A stretch of 64,000 nt of DNA, taken from assembly GCA_964016885.1 (NCBI GenBank), contig OZ024764.1, forward strand, positions 1,488,001 to 1,552,000, read 5' to 3'. The notes beneath the pieces are model-generated. The model was not told the origin of the DNA, made no database searches, and was given only the letters and a program-made list of their open reading frames with translations. Positions 57,996 through 64,000 of the stretch are shown one piece after another. The stretch's first letter is position 1. Each line of letters begins with the position of its first letter. A program made the position numbers and the translations under genes. This stretch comes from Eledone cirrhosa (Eukaryota).

Positions 57996-59429
57996 ATGGC
58001 CAAGAAAACCCACACAGATAGATGGAACGGGTGGACCAGAGCCATACGGACACCCGAAAACCACGATGAACTGAAGAAAATGATTGCACATGCGGTAGGG
58101 GCCAGCATAAAATTAACCCTTAAGGAACATATGTTCAAATTTAATGGTAAAACATATGCCCAAGAGGAAGGAGCAGCCATTGGTGTTAGCATTGCAGGCA
58201 ACATAGCTAACTTATTCATGGTATGGTGGGACAGTAGACTTAAACAAAAACTTAATGAACAATTAGAAGACAGCTTAACCCTGATAATGTACTCCCGCTA
58301 CGTAGATGATATAAACATCGTAGTTAAGACACCCCCACTAAAGAACAGTCAGGAACTAGAGAAAAACACAATGGAAAGCATCCAGCAAATAGCAAACTCC
58401 ATCCACCAGAGCATTAGAGTTACTATAGACTACCCAAGTAGACACCCCAACCATCGATTACCTGTACTAGACACAGAGCTCTGGTTAGATACAATTAACA
58501 ACCAAAAACAAATCCTCCATTCCCATTATGCCAAACCCATGACTTCCAAACATCTGATCCACCGAAACTCGGCCATTTCGGACCATACCAAAATCAACAT
58601 ACTGATTGCGGATTTGGTACGGGTGATGAGAAATGTGTCCCGCATGTGCAACCCCGAAGAACTAGAGAGACACATACAACACTTCATCCACCGTATGCAG
58701 TTCTCTGGCTACAATCAGAGAGATAGAATCAGAGTGTATAAAGGAGCCAGAACCAAATGGGAAAAAATGGTAAATAATGACATAAATGGGACCTGCCCCT
58801 TGTATAGGAGCAAATTTTGGAATAGAATAGAAAGAACTAAGAACAAGGCCAATAGAATAAACTCATGGTATGATAGCAATAAATACCAGAGTGTAATGTT
58901 CATCAATACAACCCCTAGAGGCGAACTAGCCTACAAATTTAGAAGGGCCCTAAAGAAACATAATCTCAATATTAAGATAGTAGAAAGACCTGGTACCTCC
59001 GTAAAAACACTTATTAGCAAGACATACCCGTTCCAAAGACCCTCATGTATAGATAAGAAATGTATAACCTGTAAAATAAGCCCCCATATTAACTGTAAAA
59101 CTAGAAATGTAGTATATAGCATAAGATGTACTGAAGGACAATGTAGAAACAAAAATATAGTGTACATAGGTGAGACAGCTCGTAGTATAGGGGAACGAAT
59201 AAATGAACACTGGCGAGACCTCCAAGATAATAAAGAATCATCTGTGCTCTACCAACATGCTAAGATAGAACACAGGGGTAAATTAGAGAGCATAGAAATA
59301 AAAATAGAATCCACACACAAGAAAGACGCAATGTTTAGGCAAATTACAGAGGCAGTAAGCATAAAAGAATTAAAACCAAAATTAAATAGAAAATATGAGT
59401 GGAACAGCAACATCACAACTTACAATTAA
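57996..59429 (+). CDS. Penelope-like RT (C-terminal half) + GIY-YIG endonuclease, N-terminally truncated; possibly Nematis clade
   Basis: Mirror copy differing at 2 residues. The clade is inferred from HYxKPM-SK, KxNILxADLxRxMRNxS and RMQFSGY. Confidence 0.9.
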   Translation: MAKKTHTDRWNGWTRAIRTPENHDELKKMIAHAVGASIKLTLKEHMFKFNGKTYAQEEGAAIGVSIAGNIANLFMVWWDSRLKQKLNEQLEDSLTLIMYSRYVDDINIVVKTPPLKNSQELEKNTMESIQQIANSIHQSIRVTIDYPSRHPNHRLPVLDTELWLDTINNQKQILHSHYAKPMTSKHLIHRNSAISDHTKINILIADLVRVMRNVSRMCNPEELERHIQHFIHRMQFSGYNQRDRIRVYKGARTKWEKMVNNDINGTCPLYRSKFWNRIERTKNKANRINSWYDSNKYQSVMFINTTPRGELAYKFRRALKKHNLNIKIVERPGTSVKTLISKTYPFQRPSCIDKKCITCKISPHINCKTRNVVYSIRCTEGQCRNKNIVYIGETARSIGERINEHWRDLQDNKESSVLYQHAKIEHRGKLESIEIKIESTHKKDAMFRQITEAVSIKELKPKLNRKYEWNSNITTYN

Positions 59430-59734
59430 GGACAAAATGAAAACACACACACACATAGAACAAACAACTTACAATTGAAAACACACACAAAATGAAAACA
59501 CACACAAGACAAAATGAAAACACACACACACATAGAACAAACAACCAACCAACAATAAATAAATAAATAAACAAACAAATAGAAAAATATAAATAGAAAA
59601 ATAGAAAAATGAACACAAACCCACACAGACACCCGGATGTGGCGCATGCGCAAACTGAGCACGCAACCCACACACAAACAAAATGGCGTAGGATAGAAGA
59701 AAGGAAAGGCACAGAAACGAAGAAAGAAATCCCC

Positions 59735-59779
59735 AGTCACTGAAGAGGTCACAGAGTGTGTGACGAAAGAACTATGACT
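59735..59779 (+). ncRNA. Minimal type I hammerhead ribozyme, right arm
   Basis: AGUCA-CUGAAGA-G-GUCACA(GAGUG)UGUGAC-GAAA-GAAC-UA/UGACU; stems I and II perfect; predicted cut after 59774. Confidence 0.9.
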
Positions 59780-60037
59780 ATATATATATAAACAACTATC
59801 TGGTTGTGGAACCAACCAACCAACCAGAAATTTATAAATTTGTAAATTTATAAATATATAATAAATTAAATTGAAGTGAAAGCAACTGGTGCGTGTGTTT
59901 CTTATTGGCAACATGACCCTCCCAAAGTATAACAATATCGGTTTCAACACACGATTTCAGATAAAGAATCTTGCTAAACAAATTCAGAAACGAAATATAT
60001 AATATATTATATATAATATATAATATATAATATATAA

Positions 60038-60222
60038 GGCGGTGGATTGGCAGTATCGGTAGAGGGTCGGACGCCATGCTTTCCAGCATAGTTACGTCCC
60101 TTTACGATCTGAGTTCAAATCCCGCCGAGGTTGACTTTGCCTTTCATCCTTACGGGGTCGATAGAATAAAGTACCAGTAATGAACTGGGTAATTGCTGGC
60201 CTTGTGCCTAAAGTAGAAACAA
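60038..60222 (+). mobile_element. Second-family tRNA-derived SINE, full length
   Basis: A-box-like TGGCAGTATCGG, B box GAGTTCAAATC; copies at 61829-62011 (-) and 17500-17603. Confidence 0.88.
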
Positions 60223-60597
60223 ATATATAAACAGCAATTTCTCTGTCTGTCTGTCCGACAGTGGAAACACGTGCGTGCGTGCGAATGTTTTTTGCACACG
60301 CGTAGAGAGAGAGCGAGAGTGAAAGAAAGAGACAGACTACAAGAGGGGGATAGCGGGAGGGAGAGAGGGGGGGAATTGAGGAGTGCTACAGAAACATATA
60401 TACATTTCTCTGTGTGTGTAATATATATATATATACACACACACAGAAATATATATATATACACACAGAAATATATATACATTTCTGTGTGTGTAATATA
60501 TATATATATATATATACACACACAGAAATATATATACATTTCTGTGTGTGTAATATATATATATCAGAAAACCTCCCGATGGGCGGTTTTCTGTTAG
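60223..60597 (+). mobile_element. Non-autonomous Helitron-like element
   Basis: 3' hairpin cagaaaacc..ggttttctg followed by TTAG; the same end type ends in CTAG at 62461. Confidence 0.55.
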
Positions 60598-61734
60598 TCT
60601 ATATTACTAAAACAGAGAATGTCTGTCTGTCTGTCTGACCAATCACTAAAACTCAAGAACCACCCAACCGATTGTTTTCAAACTTTACACATGTAATACT
60701 TATGGTCCTATTGAGTGTTCTGAGCAAAAAAAATTTCAAATGTTCAATACCCAAGGGACCGCATTAGGCGATTTAGCGATCTCTCTCTCTTAGTCTTTCT
60801 CTTTTTAGATAGATACATTGATATGACGTTGCATCCTTATAATATCTGTCGACGCTGTGTATATATATATGTATATATAGTGTGTGTGTATATATATATA
60901 GTGTGTAACGTTTTTCAAAATATTTACTTCTGCGTTCACAGATTTATTTATTTTTAGTTTCAGAAGATCCCGTTAAGGGTGAAAGCAGCGATTCTTTGCT
61001 TAAACTTTAATCTGTTATTTTTATATATATATATATATATAATTATATATTCGTGTACAGATATTTTTGCATACACAATAACAAAATATAAACAAAAGTA
61101 TTTATTTCGCGATAAAGTATTGATTTTCTTTGAACCGAAAAAAAACCCCTGGTAATGTATCATTTCATATCATCATTTCATTTTACGTCCGCTTTTCCCT
61201 GCTTGCAAGGGTGGGACGGGAACTGATTCTGGCTTGATTTCTACAGCTGGATGCCCTTCCTAACACCAACCTCATTTACAGTGAGTGCTGGGTGCTTTTT
61301 TACCGTGGCACCTCCACGACCACTTTGCAGTGGAATGATAGGGACCCCAGTCCCTATCATCTCATTTCTACAGCTGAGTAAACTGGAGCAATGTGAAATA
61401 AAGTGTCTTGCTCAAGGAAACAACACATCAACCGGTCTGAGAATTGAACTCACAACCTTTCGATTGCAAGGCCAATGCTCTAACCACTAAGCCATGTGCC
61501 TCCGTATGACAAATTTTTTTTTATAAGCACAAAATGTAGACACCATCCCGAGGCCGAGGTATTCCGTACTTCTCTGTACTGTTGATTATATATTCGTGTA
61601 CAGATATTTTTGCATACACAATAACAAAATATAAACAAACGTATTTACTTCACGAGTCTCGAGAAGGATGAATATATATCAAATATATAAGAACCCTAGA
61701 GCAAATCCCGAGCAACGCCGGGCCATTCTGCTAG
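60598..61734 (+). mobile_element. Non-autonomous Helitron with a nested SINE (61173-61503, -)
   Basis: 5' TC-tatattactaaaac, (GTCT)n, 3' hairpin cccgagcaacgccggg, then CTAG|T. Confidence 0.8.
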
Positions 61735-61828
61735 TCATAACTATAATAAAGTAATGAGTGCGGGACTGTGTCCAGAATATATTTTTTTATCCCCTTAGTA
61801 AAATAAGTTGGATTACTTTGAATAAATA

Positions 61829-62011
61829 ATTGTTTCTACTTTAGGCACAAGGCCAGCAATTACCCAGTGCATTACTGGTACTTTATTTTATCGACCCCGT
61901 AAGGATGAAAGGCAAAGTCAACCTCGGCGGGATTTGAACTCAGATCGTAAAGGGACGTAACTCTGCTGGAAAGCATGGCGTCCGACCCTCTACCGATACC
62001 GCCAATCCACT
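61829..62011 (-). mobile_element. Second-family SINE
   Basis: Reverse complement of 60042-60222. Confidence 0.88.
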
Positions 62012-62021
62012 ACATAATTTA

Positions 62022-62461
62022 TCTACTAAATTTTGTAGCTGTTGATTAAACATAGATATTCTTATATATAATGATTGCTTATTTTAAGATTCACTTCTTT
62101 TAACATTTTCAAAGGTCAACACTTCCAGTTAGCGATGGTTTAAATAAACGTTTATATATTTCCGTCACTAATTTTCTCCTAATCCAGTTTATATATAATA
62201 TCATATTTGTTAAATGTATCATGGATTACATTACTGATTACATAAGACAGTGTAACACAGTCTCTCTTCAATTTCTGTGTATATTGTCAATTATGATTTT
62301 ATTTGATGTATCATATCTACATGTATATATACTTGTGTATAATATCAATATACACACTACACATGTATCATATCTACATGTATATATACTTGTGTATAAT
62401 ATCAATATACACACTACACTTGTTAGCAGAAAACCACCCTAAGCGTGGTTTTTTCTGCTAG
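62022..62461 (+). mobile_element. Non-autonomous Helitron-like element
   Basis: A|TCTACTA start; 3' hairpin agcagaaaaccac..gtggttttttctgct; CTAG|T end. Confidence 0.65.
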
Positions 62462-62467
62462 TCATCA

Positions 62468-63063
62468 TCTATATATATAAAACTGAGGATGTCTGTCTGT
62501 GTGTGTGTGAGTTTGAATTCCTAAAACTCGAGAACCACCCAACCGACTGTTTTCAAACTTTACACATGTAATACTTATGTTTCAGGGAGTGTTCTGAGCA
62601 AAAGAAATTTCAAATTTTCCATGCCCTAGGGACCACATTAGGCGATTTAGCCATCTCTCTCTATAATTCTTAGTCTTTCTCTTTTTAGATAGATACATAT
62701 AACGTCGCACCCTTATAATATCTGTCTGTATGTCTGGCTGTCTGCATTACGTCACTTCTTACAATTCGCTCTGCGTCCAGAACGCGCCCTTATAATATCT
62801 GTCTGTATGTCTGGCTGTCTGCTGCCTCCGGTTATTCTGCCACCCTTGCTCTAGACAAATCTCACACTCATTCCCCAAACAGTTGGTAAGTGCACACAAC
62901 TTCTTCCTCACGTTTTAAGCCACAGTGTTACTTACTTACTTACTTACGTACCATCAGACCCTTACTTCTTTGTCAGCCGTGGTTGTGGCAATACTAAGCT
63001 TAGCTAAGGCGGTTATATATTTCACAATACCTTATCCCGTGCAACGCCGGGTACCACTGCTAG
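62468..63063 (+). mobile_element. Non-autonomous Helitron with a 5' part related to 60598-61734
   Basis: A|TCtatatatataaaac ... cccgtgcaacgccggg-taccactg-CTAG|T. Confidence 0.82.
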
Positions 63064-63246
63064 TATATAATGAAAATAAAGTGTGTTCTATGGTTTTAAT
63101 CCAGAGATGGACAATGTAGCTTGCTGCTACATTGCTTCGTCCATCTCTGGGTTAAAAGCATAGCACACACGTTTTCCTCTCTGTTTTTTCTTTACTTGTT
63201 TCCTTAAAGTTTACCATCATTCTGTGGGTATACATCTATTATGCAA

Positions 63247-63310
63247 TATACACCTGATGAGGTCGTTGGGTTCTTATACAACCTGGCCACTGAAATGTGT
63301 ATAGTGTTTA
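63247..63310 (+). ncRNA. Hammerhead ribozyme motif
   Basis: UAUACAC-CUGAUGA-GGUCG..UGGCC-ACU-GAAA-UGUGUA-UA/GUGUUUA; GAGCACTC motif downstream at 63443. Confidence 0.65.
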
Positions 63311-63939
63311 GAGTAATAAAATATTAAGGAAATTTAACATATGAGCTCCTGCCGTTTTAAGAGCTAAACTGGGTTTTACAGCATCCATTCTGATATATAT
63401 ATATAATGATGAATAGCTCCTGTTTATTTTAACATGTCTATTGAGCACTCTTATTCGATATGTGGTTTCCCACATTACCGAAAATCTTTCGCGGATATAG
63501 AGGTTATCTCCCTTGCTGGATTCCATGTGCGTATCAGCTAGGGTTAGCTTCTTTATTCGTTTGGACAAGACCCGTTGATAAAGTGTTCCGGTCCATCCGC
63601 TCTCTAGAAGTCTTATATATTTTTTTATGTGAGCTGATAGGGGGCGGATTAAGGAATTGCAGAAACCCAAGAAGCTAGATTTACCATCTTTCTAGTGGGT
63701 CCGGGTAAGTTTTTTACATTCATATGAATTATTGATTTATTGATATTTTATCTGAGTGACCTGAATCTTCCTGGTCGTTAATTTTCGGCCGCATGGGTGA
63801 TTTTAGGCATAATCTTTGTGTGTTGGTATTTTAACGATAGTTATAGCTCTGATTTATCTGAATTATTGAGCCCTCTGCCACTCATGTCGGATTTGTTTAT
63901 CGTAAACTCGTGAGCTGATTTTCCGATACTCGATTATTC

Positions 63940-63986
<47 letters not shown>

Positions 63987-64000
63987 GAAGTTCTATTTAA

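Larger units (their letters stand above)
55930..59996. mobile_element. Palindromic Penelope-like retroelement insertion: arms 55930-57925 and 57943-59938, plus a right tail to ~59996
   Basis: Mirror symmetry about 57934; RT + GIY-YIG ORF and pseudo-LTR in each arm; flanking direct repeat 55903-55930 = 59996-60023. Confidence 0.96.

Noticed and set aside
57649-58219. 141-aa ORFs crossing the palindrome centre
   Set aside because: Antisense and alternative-frame by-products of the inverted repeat
57996-59429. Penelope ORFs as complete, active proteins
   Set aside because: The Met is internal; the frame continues to the palindrome centre and the N-terminal RT motifs are absent
63308-63670. 120-aa - strand ORF
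   Set aside because: Non-ATG start and no motif I can recognise; may be a transposon fragment

Overview
AT-rich, repeat-dominated animal genomic DNA. The tRNA/CORE-type SINEs with (GAT)n tails, TTAA-flanked MITEs and huge (TA)n/(CAC)n tracts suggest an octopod cephalopod (inference). Almost all listed ORFs are microsatellite or minisatellite artefacts. Supported content: (1) three + strand exons of a probable M12B (ADAM/ADAMTS-like) metalloprotease with Pro/Thr-expanded prodomain and an RRKR site; (2) in the next intron, a ~4 kb near-perfect palindrome of two identically 5'-truncated Penelope-like (RT + GIY-YIG) arms, each with a hammerhead ribozyme (HHR), flanked by a ~30-nt direct repeat; (3) further Penelope remnants and several short non-coding HHR-bearing elements in (TA)n tracts, giving about 10 recognisable HHR motifs plus degenerate ones, with a recurring 'two 3' ends facing outwards' architecture; (4) two decayed DD37D (maT) transposons, a deleted Tc1/mariner element, RTE LINE fragments, SINEs and a cluster of non-autonomous Helitrons; (5) about 13 minisatellite arrays, most traceable to a segment of a dispersed element in the same window. 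All structures were read by eye; no alignment, folding or database search was run.
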